Positions 24,301-36,640 are shown, numbered from the stretch's first letter. The stretch: 64,000 bases of DNA from Phoronis australis (GCA_002633005.1 NMRA01000217.1:124001-188000), one strand, 5' to 3'. Numbers and translations: made by a program. The notes: a model not told the origin generated them from the letters alone.

Positions 24301-24935
24301 TGTTATTCAAGTGTGACGGGCATTGCGTTGGTTCATCTTAGAAATTATAATTTGGAACAGTTAATTCCTTGCAAAAATATTTGACTAAAAAGTAGTTTTC
24401 CATCAAAGTCTAAGCGTAAATGGTATCTTTAAAACCACAAGTCTGTTTCACCTATACCACTTCTGATGTATACACATGTACTTTTTAAAAAACAGAAAAT
24501 ATGCAAGGTTTCCTTTGCAACTTGACGTGTCAGTCGAATAGACTCACCTCTAATGAATCATAAACACAGCGATTGGAATATTCGACGTTAAACTGGTCAA
24601 AAGTGACGAGCAGGCTGTAGTTGGGCCGCGTGAGTATCGTAAGCTTGCAATCTAAGTCGTTGTCGTATGAATAAGGAAACCTCGGCGACGTTATTGTGCC
24701 CGAGGGGCCAGAGAATGTCGCGTCACATCCTAAAATCATATCATTGTCAGGCATGAGACATTTTGATGACGAAATATTTCTTTGGGTTGTGGTATTTATA
24801 ATCAATATTAATCGCAAATAAATGAAATCATCGACAATAATAATCCATTAAGTTCTTACCTGTTTCTCCTGTTGCAAGAACATGTTTCTCTATCATACAA
24901 AGGAGAAGACAAAAATACAGACTCAAATTCATCAT
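12229..24935 (-). CDS. Type I membrane protein: signal peptide, 3 CUB, 13(+1) TSP1, TM, short Tyr-motif tail (~1234 aa, 10 coding exons)
   Basis: Exons on the minus strand: 24935-24860, 24729-24548, 23464-23332, 22764-22577, 21079-20938, 20661-20483, 19585-19438, 18868-16439, 15410-15314, 12358-12229. They sum to 3705 nt in one open frame. All introns are GT-AG with matching phases (1,0,1,0,1,0,1,1,2). Confidence 0.85.
13079..13097 (-). promoter_or_regulatory. CTCF-like motif
   Basis: Minus strand reads TGGCCAACAGGAGGCGCTG. Confidence 0.4.
14287..14520. mobile_element. MITE with CAG...CTG TIRs and 5-bp TSD (aacct)
   Basis: Termini cagaggcggatctac and gtagatctgccactg, flanked by aacct on both sides. 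Confidence 0.8.
15314..15410 (-). CDS. Transmembrane exon (GHNTGVTVILSPLAAVVVVAVLMIIALVFYRK)
   Basis: Boundaries gttgcag|GA and AG|gtgaag; about 23 hydrophobic residues followed by a basic stop-transfer sequence. Confidence 0.8.
16439..18868 (-). CDS. Giant exon encoding 13 tandem thrombospondin type-1 repeats plus one degenerate repeat
   Basis: ORF 16356-18884 with repeated WSxWxxWSxCSxSCGGGxQxRxRxC motifs; acceptor ttcacag|CC at 18868 and donor CAG|gtaggg at 16438. Confidence 0.95.
17148..18512 (-). repeat. Coding tandem repeat with a 171-bp unit (TSP1 repeats 3-10), highly similar at the DNA level
   Basis: Units start at 18512, 18341, 18170, 17999, 17828, 17657, 17489 and 17318. Long blocks such as gaccacgctgtccaaatagaccattggccgtctactggacac recur unchanged. 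Confidence 0.95.
19438..19585 (-). CDS. CUB3 C-terminal half (FGDP...ICGD...DFVTDRTVTRMGWMLRYE)
   Basis: Boundaries ttttag|TTC and GAAG|gtcgag. Not in the ORF track; its phase 1 end joins the TSP1 exon in frame. Confidence 0.8.
20483..20661 (-). CDS. CUB3 N-terminal half (ECGGNYHGNYGIISSPFYPSNYTNNLRCMY...CDDYLL)
   Basis: Canonical CUB start CGG...G-x-I-x-SP-x-YP-x-x-Y; boundaries tcacag|AA and TTG|gtaatt. Confidence 0.9.
20938..21079 (-). CDS. CUB2 C-terminal half (FLEG...HCGGILPP...FKTDRDSEHRGWKLSFD)
   Basis: Boundaries tttcag|TTT and G|gtgagt; CUB C-terminal motifs. Confidence 0.85.
21469..21732. mobile_element. Related MITE with degenerate TIRs and near-perfect 5-bp TSD (gaatg/ggatg)
   Basis: Termini cagtgacggatc and aatccgcttatg. 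Confidence 0.6.
22577..22764 (-). CDS. CUB2 N-terminal half (CTQCNG...SHGYPHGYQGLQRCTY...FLDFSLEQSEGTCAYEHFR)
   Basis: Lies within ORF 22559-22816; boundaries ggttag|GT and AGG|gtaaag. Confidence 0.85.
23332..23464 (-). CDS. CUB1 C-terminal half (IDGKHFCGQILPP...FKTDASESKKGWRLKY)
   Basis: CUB motifs FCG, F-x-TD and GW-x-L-x-Y; boundaries cactag|ATT and T|gtaagt. Confidence 0.85.
24548..24729 (-). CDS. CUB1 N-terminal half (GCDATFSGPSGTITSPRFPYSYDNDLDC...CVYDSLE)
   Basis: CUB motif G-x-I-x-SP-x-FP-x-x-Y; boundaries ttttag|GA and GAG|gtgagt. Confidence 0.9.
24860..24935 (-). CDS. CUB-TSP1 gene exon 1: signal peptide MMNLSLYFCLLLCMIEKHVLATGET
   Basis: ATG at 24935, hydrophobic core and a VLA-T cleavage-like site; donor CAG|gtaaga in phase 1. 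Confidence 0.75.
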
Positions 24936-26384
24936 ACCTAACCGAAGAATTTACTGGCGACCGAAAAAAAAACCGCCGCAGTTTGTAATGACGCGGGTCA
25001 CCAGCAGCAAATGTCTCGACTTTTGAGTTTCAGGACACGAACCAAGTGTTTGAGGATGATAACTTGGTCAATCAGAGACAAAGTGGACTCATGACATTTG
25101 AACCAGGAAATCTGGAAATGGAACCCTAGAAACCAGTCTAGGGAGAAGACGCATCCACATAGCGTAAAAATAAAGTGTTTATTTCGTGACAAGCGTGACA
25201 TGCACCAGTAATTTTCTGAAGAGAGTTTGATAATGCAGACTCGTTTCCTTTTAGTGGACTTATTTTGGGGTTGCAAGTTCCTGCACACTTTACTATTCTG
25301 GTGCACATGTACTTATATTTAAATACGAAGGTTAATTATAAGAATAGCGTTCCTCTCCAAACATGTACAACTTTGGGACTCGGTAAGATAGCAGTATACC
25401 GCAAGCTTTTTTTGATATTGATATTTTGAGTCGGGCGCATGACGTGTTACTGGCGTCGCAACAACAATATGGCAACACAATGTTGTGTTGTTGTTGGTAT
25501 TTATATTTGACATGTACAGAGAATGAATTCTACGTTGGATTCTTAATATTATTCAAAATGAACACGCCCCATGATTTCGGGCAATTTTCTTCGGAGCGGC
25601 TCAGATTTTAGGTATTTAGGTATACCACCGGGAAATTGTGTCACGAGTGAAAAAGTGAAGCTCGAAATAACGATAACATTTGTGAGTAAACAAAAACGAA
25701 CACAGATGCGCATAAGGTTTAGGGTACGTAGCTGAGTCCCTATTTTGGAGTGTTCCATGCAACCGGCTACTCAACCCGTGGACTCCCCTCTGGACGCAAG
25801 CAGGGCGTACTACCCAAAAACCTCTTTCCTACTTGGTTTTAAATTTATTTGACTGAAAAAAAACACCTAGGATTTTTCTTTTTTTTCAATTTCCATAGCA
25901 GTCAAACTGGTCGGTATATCTCAATGTTAAATTTCCGCTCTCTTTAACAGCTAGCATTTTGGGGGGCAAATCCAAGATTTGTAATTGGCAGTAAGTGAAC
26001 AGTCTTATTAATTATAATGGATCACGGCTTTGGCAGTGACTAAACGGCATATTATAAAACACTTTGCTCCACGAAACGAAGTGCTTTATTTTTTCCTACC
26101 ATTGTACAGAAAATAACTTCCAACCCCACGCGTATCCGGAACATGGACCTTGAGACTTCGCTACATAGTGCCATCTAACGGGACCGTCGTGAACTAGTTT
26201 TAAAGTGTATTAGAAGTGTTCTGCGTAAAGGTGGCGCAAATATCGGCAGTGTGTCTTTCTTCGTTGTGTTTCTAAAAGCAGTGCAGACTAGTAAATAAAA
26301 GGCCACATTTCTGCAAATAACAGTGATATTTGTTCTGAATTTAAGAGCGATCGTAATAATGAATTAATTACAATAACAACAAAA

Positions 26385-27035
26385 AACAATAATAGTATCA
26401 ATAATGATGAGGACAGTGATGATGAAGATACCGGTGATATTGATAATAATGAAGCCGACAGTGGTGATGATGATGGAGATGATGAACATCATTATCATGG
26501 TGATGATGACGATAGTGATGGTGGTGGTGGTGGTGATGGTGACAGTGACCATGATGATGAAGATGAAAATAACAACAACTCTAATGGCGACAACAATCCC
26601 GATGATGAGGACTATGATGATGACGATAATGATGACGACCATGGTGATTTTGATGATGACGAAGATGACTGTGGTAATGATGGAGATGATGACGATGAAG
26701 ATGACGATAATGATGGTGATGATGATGACAGTGATGATAATGATAGAGATGATGATGAAGATGGCAATAGTGATGGTGATAATAATGTTGATGATAATGA
26801 TAGTGATGTTGAAAATGGTGATAACGTTGACGAACTGAAGGTGACGAAAATAACCACAACTATTGTATCTATTATAATAATAATAACATTTATCATAAAA
26901 AAGTCGTATCTACAATTATTATTACGAGTACTATTATCATTATCATTATCATTATCATTATCGTTATCCTTATCATTATCGTTATCATTATCGTTATCAT
27001 CATTATTAATATTATTATTACCATTATTATTGACG
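26385..27035. repeat. Degenerate trinucleotide low-complexity tract: (GAT)n-like, then (ATT/ATC)n-like
   Basis: Cryptic GAT/GAC/GGT/AAT repeats at 26400-26830 followed by ttatca/ttatta repeats at 26930-27035; accounts for the cluster of homopolymer-like ORFs here. Confidence 0.9.
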
Positions 27036-27727
27036 TTATTGTTTGTTTGCTGTAATTGCTAGTGGTATTATTAGTGAAACTCTTTTGTTCCATTTTAGTA
27101 TCTTAACAACATCCATAACAAGTAAAAATTCTGTTCTCCGTTGGAAGGTTTGCGTGGGTAGAGCGGTTTGTCAGAATTCCTCTTCAGACTCGTGGTTATC
27201 GTGTCGAGGAGTCGTTGCCAAGAAGTGAGCGATTTTAAAAAGCCATGGTGTGATTTAGCTTTGTGTGCAACTAAGACACATATCCGAAAGTTGACACGGC
27301 TGCCCGCCTACTCAGTGCTGGCATACTAGACATCTGAAAAAGTCATTATATCTTGAAATGTCTCAGAGCAAAAGTAGAGAAATTCAAAGCCACTTGTTGG
27401 CTTATTATTTGCTACCCCCGCAATAAATGTTTTTCTTGACCCCTGCAGGCATATGTACTAATATTTTGCTTACAGATTATCGACAATTGGGGCCGTGCTT
27501 TAGAGCTTTTTGATGTGCAAATTGCGTCGTTCTCTATTCTGTCCTGCTTTATTCTAACCAATACATAACTTTCGTTCGACAGAGTTCTCTTGGTGCTATT
27601 TTTGTTAGACAACAACACCTTGAGAAAACGCTGAATCCAACCATGACACCCTGATAGAACTTCACTCCAAATTAACTCAAGCCTGCTGCAGGCCTTAACG
27701 GTTGCGTTCGCTGTTTAGTACTTTTGA

Positions 27728-27746
27728 GATCCACTAGAGGGTGCTG
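27728..27746 (+). promoter_or_regulatory. CTCF-like motif
   Basis: GATCCACTAGAGGGTGCTG. Confidence 0.4.
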
Positions 27747-28779
27747 AAGTCGAGTTAAGTGACAGATGACTGATAAGAAATCACTTTCGGAAGCGGGGGA
27801 GTAGAAAGGGTCGCGAGGTCTCCGCCGTCGAGACCTTCTTAATTACACTGAGACACGTGTTATTTCAACAGTTTACATCCAAATCGCCTGCTTGATTTTG
27901 ACACGTGCAAAGAATTATAAAACTGTTGTCTTTTTGCATCTGAACATATCGTTAACGCGCACACACTTGTTTTTTTACTTCGCCACGAGCTTATTCTTCC
28001 GCGAAGAAAGTAATTGTTACCGTAGGACCGTAATCACTGGTAAAAAAATAACCCAAATTTGTGCGGTTTCGTTCAAATAATGTCATGGTTTTGTTCGCGC
28101 TTAATGTTAAACGGGGGCGAAGTTATAAACTTGCGTGTGATGTGGTTTTATACCGAGTTCGGGAGAGCTACTAAACCACCTGAAACAGAGTACGGTAAGG
28201 CTTCAAACGAAAAAGTGAAATACAAAATATGGATTAAGTTTACGTTGATGCGGGTCACACTGAGGTGATGAAAACCCAATTTAGCTGGATAAAGTGTTCA
28301 TAAAACAATGTTCCCAGTTTGACCAGTCCCGGTTTCCTCTAAACGAGCTACTAGTAATTGATCACAAAATTTATGTCTGCCAAAATATTAAATTGTAAAC
28401 CTTTCATGCGATTTCTACCAAATATCCAAATTCTATCGCCATTACAATATTTTGTAACAAGAAAACTTGATATCTCATCCGCTCATAAAATTGTTGAGAT
28501 TTTTAAGCACTTAACAGAATTTGGTTCCCAAAAGTCGTGTATTTATTTCGTACTTCCCTGGTTTATGAGACTGAAAATTTGTCGCTTTTGAAGCTACAAG
28601 TTGTGTGTCTTGTCTTGAAACGACATGTGTGCACTTGAGCTTGCTCCCGTAACCATAGCGATATTAATGTAATTATTCCACATAACTGGATCCCTTTATT
28701 CCTTTTTAACCAGCATTTGAGAACTGAGTTATTTTCGGATTCCGAAGCCAAGTTAGTCAAATTTCTAGGTTCCCTGGTG

Positions 28780-28920
28780 CAGTGGCGGATTTAAAGGTAT
28801 GCCCCCACCCTAAAATTCTCCCAGATTCTACATGACAGTTCGACGGTGCGAATGTCAGNNNNNNNNNNNNNNNNNNNNNNNNCCCCCCCCCCTCCAACTC
28901 AAAATCCTGGATCCACCCTG
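28780..28920. mobile_element. ~150-bp MITE family copy 1, TSD tggtg (contains an N gap)
   Basis: Termini cagtggcggattt and ggatccaccctg; tggtg on both sides; interior shared with the copies at 39294 and 39853. Confidence 0.8.
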
Positions 28921-31900
28921 TGGTGTGCCGATTACGCTGCTAAATGCAATTGTGTAAAAACAAAATAATCAAGTCATACTCTCAATCGTCAAACAGCCGA
29001 GTGAGAGACATATGTAAACTAAAACTTTTTATTAGCTAAACGATACGTAAATTGTGTAATAACTCAGTCATTACTTTTTCAGCGATTATACGATCGTGGT
29101 TCATTCTCAGGTTTGATGCACGCGCCAGGGAGTTCAGACACTAACAGCGTAAACCAACACCGGTAAATGTTACCGTTTGGGGCACAAATAGCCTGAGGCG
29201 GGTATCGCAAATGACAAAGTATCAGTCAACGAAAATCGCCTATAATTTGGGCTCCAAAATCAAGCAGTTATATTATTGAGTAAAAATACAAAACAGTTTA
29301 CGTAGATGTCGATGTCAGTGAACTGAGCAACGTAAATCTCGTTCTTATTAAACATCGACGCCAGTTCAACAAGTGGAGTGGCCTACATGAGACTAGTTAC
29401 GGTACTTATCGAAGAACCCCTGTTTCATGACTCATGCGAAGGATGCGAACCGCCGCTGACATCAGAATATGGCCCACAAAAGATCGTCTGTGGTTGTTCC
29501 TCTTGGTGACATCATCGGTCTATTTTAGGGTACTATGAGTTCCTGTCATTCTGTATCCTTGTTTGATGAACACGTAACTACATGCAGTATCTTCCGGAAA
29601 CTCCCGAGAAATTGTCCCAGGGTTTAGAAATGATTCACCTTGACAATGAAGCTGAACGTGATTGACAGCAAGCGAATAGAAAAAAATACATAGGAAAATT
29701 AGTCTTCACTATGAACGCTTTTAACTTAAGAATACAAAAGTGAAGTTGGGTTAAAGGGACATTTTAGCAGTTTGGCTGTCGCAAAAAAAAGGATTTTTGA
29801 GTTAAATGCTGGATGAAGTTAGCTTTAGTTTGACCAGATATGTAACACAAAAAATCCGTTGTCTTTTTTTTTTGATTTTATTACAGTACGTACCGCAAAT
29901 TCCCACCGTTGTCTTCCAGACATTAGCTGAAGTCAAGCCTTTACCAGATAAATACATGTACACATAAAATGCACTGCTATCTATTGAGTGGAGTTTAGCT
30001 CCGCTAGCCGAACGTTAGACTGGAGATTCGTATCCGCGCTTTAGCTGATCTCAGAATGTCTACATACTATGGAATATAATATAACTCATTGAACGTACAT
30101 ATTTTTTAAATAGCAAGCATGTACAGTAAAGTTTGATGTTAGACTGTTTACCGAAATGCCATTAATTGGGTCACGTAACCATCTCTTTTTGGCGAATTTA
30201 GCACAAAGAGAACGTAAGTTAATAGCAAAACAACGGTACCAATAACAATATCAAATTTCACTTGATATAAATGTTCAAATCTCAAAAACGTTGAAGTCTT
30301 CATTTTCGTCTTCACTTTTGAGGGTTTTTTTCATGAAAATAAATGAAAGTCCAATTTTGACAGCTCCTCATACAAAAAAGTAACGTCTTTAAAAATAACC
30401 CCTACACCCTTTTGGTAAACAGTGCATAAAAGATGGAACCTGTTAAGAATTTGTGAGATAGGATGTTCCGAAGTTAAATAATTTGGACATCCTGGATTCT
30501 AGGGCTCTACTCCAACACAACGGAGAAGCGATGACATCATATCGGTGAAAAAATCGAGACAGTAACCACAGGTACATATTTTCCAGTAGCAACTGAACAA
30601 ATGTTTGTTACGTTCACACCTTAATAATTTCCACGGAAATGTGTTTGTTGTTTTCACACGTAATGAAGAATAATAATGCGTGGAATATACCTTTGAATAT
30701 TGATTACACTGTTCTGTGCCGGCGTTCGCCATAGTCGTCCTGCGCTAGACTCGTGTTCTAAACGAAGCACATTTAAAATATAATCAGAATTCCTTCTAAT
30801 TTACCATAACCTATAGTTTTTCATACACGCAGTGTGTTTCCGAAAATTATATTTTTAGCCAGATTTGTGCAGCATACCTTTGGACTAACCAAATAGCTTG
30901 TAACAATTAGGTGGAATTTTTAGAGTCAAAGCATCTGATTGTTTTGCGAATTACATTATCCAAGTGTAATTCGGATCATGTTTGTTTAAGTTGGAAATTC
31001 TGAGAAGGTTCACCGCAATGACGTATGAAAGTGTACTTTGGCTTACTTCAAATATTTACAAAACGCATTTATATGTATGATAGGTGGCCGGAGCCCAGCA
31101 ATGTATTTATGTCAGGATAAAAATCTCAGTTATCAAAAAGATGTAATTTTCGAGCACTTGATTGCAGATCTTAGTATTAGTGCAAACGTATTATTATTTA
31201 TTACTGAGAACTATAAAACATTGCTCTGTGGCGCACTACGACAGTTAAAGCGTGTTTCTTTTATTGTTCTCATTATCTGGCACCATTTTTTTAGATTTTT
31301 CAAAAATAGATTAATTTTACCAGAATATACATTGGCTCTTTGAAACTCCAACGACATCAAAGTAGTATGGATTTCATAAATTCTAATTATTTTGTTGGTA
31401 TCAAATTAGCTCGAAAAATGTGTAAACACACATGGCAGTTATGCTAATATGTTGGCAAATATTTTTTAATGTTATTAAGAAAATGGGAAATTATTAAAAT
31501 GCGTTTGACTTGAAAGTTCAAATAAAATCGGTAATCTTATTTGATATTCATTTTTCTACTTCAGACTATGGTCATACAAGTTTTGGCACAAAACTGCAAT
31601 AGTGCAGCCGGATTCTAAGAACACTGAAATATTTTTGTCGGATATATTGAAATACTGAAACACCGCCTTCGTTTCCACACGACATAAATGTTATAGCTTG
31701 CATAAATCAATAAAAAATAACAGCTAATGCGATATAATTATTTTGTTTGTCTTCGAGTTTGTAACTGAAGGTGCTCTGTAAGTATAATACACTTTGTTAT
31801 CGTTGCAGACATATACGTATAAAGAACAATCGGATGTTAATGAAATTGAAGTTTGTAAAATTACGATCTAAAACAACTGTATTTTTAAGCTTCTATTTCA

Positions 31901-33728
31901 TTTATAATCATTTATTTTTATAACAATTTATTTAATGTTAACGAGCATATAACAACGATATATTTTCATTTGTATTTCAAAGGTGTGAATTAAAAACCAT
32001 AAATTCAACTGCCAGTCGGAAGTGTTGAATGTGATAGTCAGTGTTAAAATTTCATTAAATTGTCTTCGTTTGGTTCTACATCCGGCTGAGAGACGGCAAT
32101 CTTGAGAAATGTCATAGAATGGCCAGATAACGACTGGCGATAACCTATGCTAACAGATATCAAATAAATCTCCTCATATGACACGTTCGGAGGGAACGAG
32201 AACGTACTGTTCTTGTGTGTCAAATATGGAGAGGGTCGTAGCTAGGCTCTTCGGGAGGTTACCAGGGCTGCGTTCCGTTGACTCAAGACATTCGCGAAGC
32301 GCTTGCGGCACTAAATTTTCCCTTATGGAACGGAAACAACAAATTTAACACCCCAGCCTCACCGACCAGTAACTTCAGTGGTCAGCCGGTCAGAGTACGC
32401 TGATAATGTCCGGAGGAATTAAAGAAACATTCAACAGTGATTAGTCTTTCGTGGTCTCGTTTTTTCACGCAAGATTCTTGCGTCTACTGAACCCAGGAGA
32501 AATGGGCCGAACACCAATTTATTTTACTGGATATACACCTTGTGCAATGTCAGTTGAACTTGCGATGAGATATATACATATCTGACGAATGGCATTTTAC
32601 CAAAACTGAAAAGCATTTTATCACTTCTGACATACGCCAAACACATCCTCGCCCAAGCATTGGTGCCGATCGAAGTGTATTAACAGTCCTACAGTGAAAT
32701 TGCGGGTGCGGAGTCTGGCTCACAAGTAGCCAGTGTGGCCATAATTTTAGCAGTTTGTAAATATTTCGCTGGGTGCACTGGATTGACTTCGCTGGTTTCG
32801 CAGTGTTAACTGGCTAAGACATCTGATTGGTTCTTGATGACGATTTACGGCTTTCACGCCCCCAGTCGGGTGTCCGGTGGAACTAGCAAAATCAATCAAG
32901 TACAGCCATTGATCACTTAGGTTTTGTTTTGATTTTGAGTCTGTGGGAAGTTGTCAAGTTCGGAAGGCGAGTTGACACTAAACAGTTTTCCACGGCTGCA
33001 CTGCTGTACATAATTGTTCTTAATGAAGTTTTTGGGAGATGTTTTTTGCGCGTGGAACAGTCCCGAATTTGTCCATATCAAAGCTCGAAGTTCAGTGCAA
33101 GTTTGGCCTCTGAAAGCACGAATTTCGTTATTAGTCACTTCATTCCTAGAGATGGCCAGGGGTTTGGTCACCAGAAAGATAAAAATATGACACTTTCCGA
33201 GAGTATACCGTCGCTTACTAGCCGCTTACCATCGGAAATTTTAGGTTCACACTATAAACCTAACACGTGTTCTGGTCAAAAATATAAAAGTTTTTCGCCA
33301 AAGGCAATCCAAGCTAAAATGAAAAATATAATTTAATTTTTAAGTTATCTCTAGCTGTTGATATTGCTAGGGAATAAAGGTGCGTTCTTGTGTTTTATTT
33401 AATTTTCCTCTTAGACAAAACTTAAGTTTAATATCACGCCGGGTTTGTCACGTTCAAAAAACGCCTATGGGCTCCATTATCACTGAAGTGTCAAGTAGGT
33501 CGACTATTATTCCAGAACTTAACTTACATTTTCTGCCAAACACGAAATCAAAACACCAATTTGCCAATGGACACGTTCATCAATTTATCCCCATTATGAA
33601 TGAGCGTCCCGGGTTGTACACGCTTAATAGGCTATAATGTGCACTTCAAATTCTGTGCTCATATGCTGGCCAGTGGGCCTCGGTCGTGTCTCTAATTTTC
33701 TAACAACTGCACTGCCGACGCGTTAGCG

Positions 33729-33810
33729 CATAGGCGGCGCACCATAGGGAGCTGGTGAGGGGTGGGGGGGCTATAACCCTCCAACTTTTTTCAGTGCTGC
33801 GCAGCCCATA
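33729..33810. mobile_element. 82-bp MITE with 5-bp TSD tagcg
   Basis: Termini cataggcggcgca and tgcgcagcccata, flanked by tagcg on both sides. Confidence 0.65.
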
Positions 33811-34239
33811 TAGCGAAGTGTGTCGGTGCTCTCTCTCCTCGTGCGTTTTATTCGATGACCACTTTTCCGCTTCTCCAGCTTGTATACAAACATGACACGG
33901 TGACCTTTTGAATCAACAGTAATAAGGATAGCGAAATGAGTCACCGCCTGCATGCTACTGAAGTACAGACTCAAGAGGGGATATTTGTGTAGTTACTTAA
34001 CTTGACGTTATTATTACAAGGATATCTACACTATAAATTATGCCGCACTATACACATGTCATTATCTCCCTGGTGAGTCAGAAGGGGTGTCGTTTTCATT
34101 TTTATGCAGGAACCACTCGTGCTGAAACAAAGCAAAGCTTTTGTGTTTGCTTCCGTCTAAATCAACTTTCGTGTTTTAAAAGTTGCTGGACCGAGTTTGG
34201 GAGTAAGACGGCTAAAATTCACTTTAAACCGATTTTACA

Positions 34240-34640
34240 TTTTTCTACAACGAAACAAATCGTGATCTTTGATACGGCTACAAAATACTCAAACAATAAT
34301 CGCAGAAAATTTAATCGGGCCAGGAATGAAATATGATTCGCGATTATCATAGAGTGGCATTTCGCCCTGTTTAGCTGGCGAAAAAACGAAAACCGAATTA
34401 GGTTTTTTGCCCTCATAAAATCTGTTACGTGACATTCCTTACCGTGATAAGATTCTATTTTCGTTACCAAGTCAAAGCAATGTCTACATGAGCCCTTTTC
34501 GAATCCGCAACTTTAATGTTGGCCAACTCTAATAAACTCTCAGACGCGGTTTCTTGAGTCTTCTGATAGTCTCTAGTGGAAATAAAAGAATCCTATCATT
34601 GTAAGGAATAATATGAGACCGATTTCAGAGAGCAAAGGTC
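34240..34640. repeat. Dispersed repeat family; related copies at ~53235-53530 and ~63315-63360
   Basis: Shared blocks gcatttcgccctgttta, attccttaccgtgata, tgagaccgattt and gaaacaaatc.tgatctttgat. Confidence 0.65.
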
Positions 34641-36599
34641 AAAGCAAGTGAACTTCGTTTTTTCAGCGAGTTAACAAGGCGAAGTGCACCTTAACGGATT
34701 ACGTGATTTTGTTGTACCCTAACACCACGGTTCGTTTCGATGTATGACAGACACAAAATCAAACCAATTTGAACTTTAGCCGCCTTATTACACTCAAACT
34801 CGGGTCCAACATCTATCCTACATATGTTCCCATGGTTACAAACGATTAGCAGAATAATCTAACTAAATTATAGGGGCACGTGGCGCTCATGATGTACAAA
34901 GGGACTTTATATTTTATGATTGTTGGTTTCGTTAAAAGAATATAGTCGCAAAGTGTTATTCAAATGTGATTCAATAAACAAGTATTTTGTAGTGTCTTGA
35001 ACCCCAGGTCCTATACAAAAGGATTATGTAGCAAACAGTGCACTGCGAAAGTGTGATTTCTTCATACGAAATGGTTCCCCTTTAATTAATCGCGCTTACT
35101 CTCATAAAGGGTGACCCGCCATCACGTATAGTTACTCAGTGCGAATCATTACATTTTGCATGTAATGACTACATCGAGTACTTTACTTCTGAATCAAATC
35201 GTTAAAAGCTTGGAGCCCCATATCGATATGGAGTCAGTCACGTTTAGTCCAGGGTGCACGTATTTAATAACGCGTTAATTCGCTTTGTGGATGTGTTCGG
35301 CCTGGCGCTAATGTTAGTAAGCAAAGATGTTCCAGTTCCAAACTTTTAAGTTTTCCTGATTGAGATTCTGGTAAGCAATACATGACGTCATTCGCTGTTA
35401 TTTATATGCTAGGTGTAGCCATAATCGGTCGCTGAATTCAAAATCAAATAACTCGGCCAAATTAACGCACTTACATGTACATGCAAGTTGACAAGCATGT
35501 AACGGCAGCGAATTCTTGGTTAATTTCTAATAGCTGGATTTATACTTCAGGACTGATCAGGTTTTCAAGACTTGTCCGAAAAGGGAAATACCAAACAGGT
35601 TGAAAATTGTAATGGTGTAGTGTTTTATCTCTGAAACTGTCCTCTTTCGTCAGTCCCACTCGCCAAAGGGTTCTCTGGGGTCAGTTTTGATCAATACATC
35701 ATTTCTAAATCCCTATACACGCCCATGATTCCGTTGCAGTTTTGGTATCCACAATTTGAATCATTCACGCATAATGATCAAGTGGACCCATACTGGTGGA
35801 CTTTTTGTTACGAATGTGCACAACATTAAATCATAAATCCGTTCTCGGATGCGCTTTCGCCTAACGCGCTAGCGAGAAAATAAACCGAACTAGCTTGAAA
35901 CAAATGACAACCTGGGAACTTCATACATCAGACCTCCGTCTATGCAGTTCACTCTTCCAAATTATAAACGTGATAAAATGCATGCTCGCGTCTGGCCACT
36001 CTGATAAACAGTAGACAATCACTGCGAATTGCGTGGCATCCGCGGGATATGCGTACAATGCCCACGTGGAAAGTGCGCAACTTCTTACAACTAACTCACT
36101 GCTTCACACATCACAGACAGATGACAACGGTAGTGAAAAGTTCGGATAAAGACAAGTTCAAACACCTGTTTGGATATTTAACATGTCAACTACAGTGTAC
36201 AGAACGTAACATAAACAAGTGGAAAATATTCGTGGTTTGCAGACGTTAACACAGCTTCCAACTGGATAAAACATAAGACAACAACTAACGTGTAACACAT
36301 GGAGACAGACCAATATGTATATCAACAATCCTCGCCGAATGTTATTAAAATATCCGGTGAATTTACGTCAGTCGAACAACTTTCGTCATAAAAAGAGACC
36401 ACGTTTCATGATCGAATGATGGGAGACCATTTGTATCAAATTCAAACCTTTCTCGAAATCAGCAGTCTGTTTTTTCCGGATTGGCATTGTAGGTTATTGG
36501 CCAATTCCGGTCACTGCGTGGAATTATTGCTATCATATGTTCACTGCACCGGCACCCCGTTATCAAAGTCTCGCCAAAAGCACCTTTTCTAATACACAA

Positions 36600-36602
<3 letters not shown>

Positions 36603-36635
<33 letters not shown>
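36603..36635. repeat. (TA)n microsatellite
   Basis: About 16 TA units. Confidence 0.95.

Positions 36636-36640
<5 letters not shown>

Noticed and set aside
26364-27093. Met-, His-, Ser- and Ile-rich ORFs
   Set aside because: They are alternative frames of the trinucleotide low-complexity tract.
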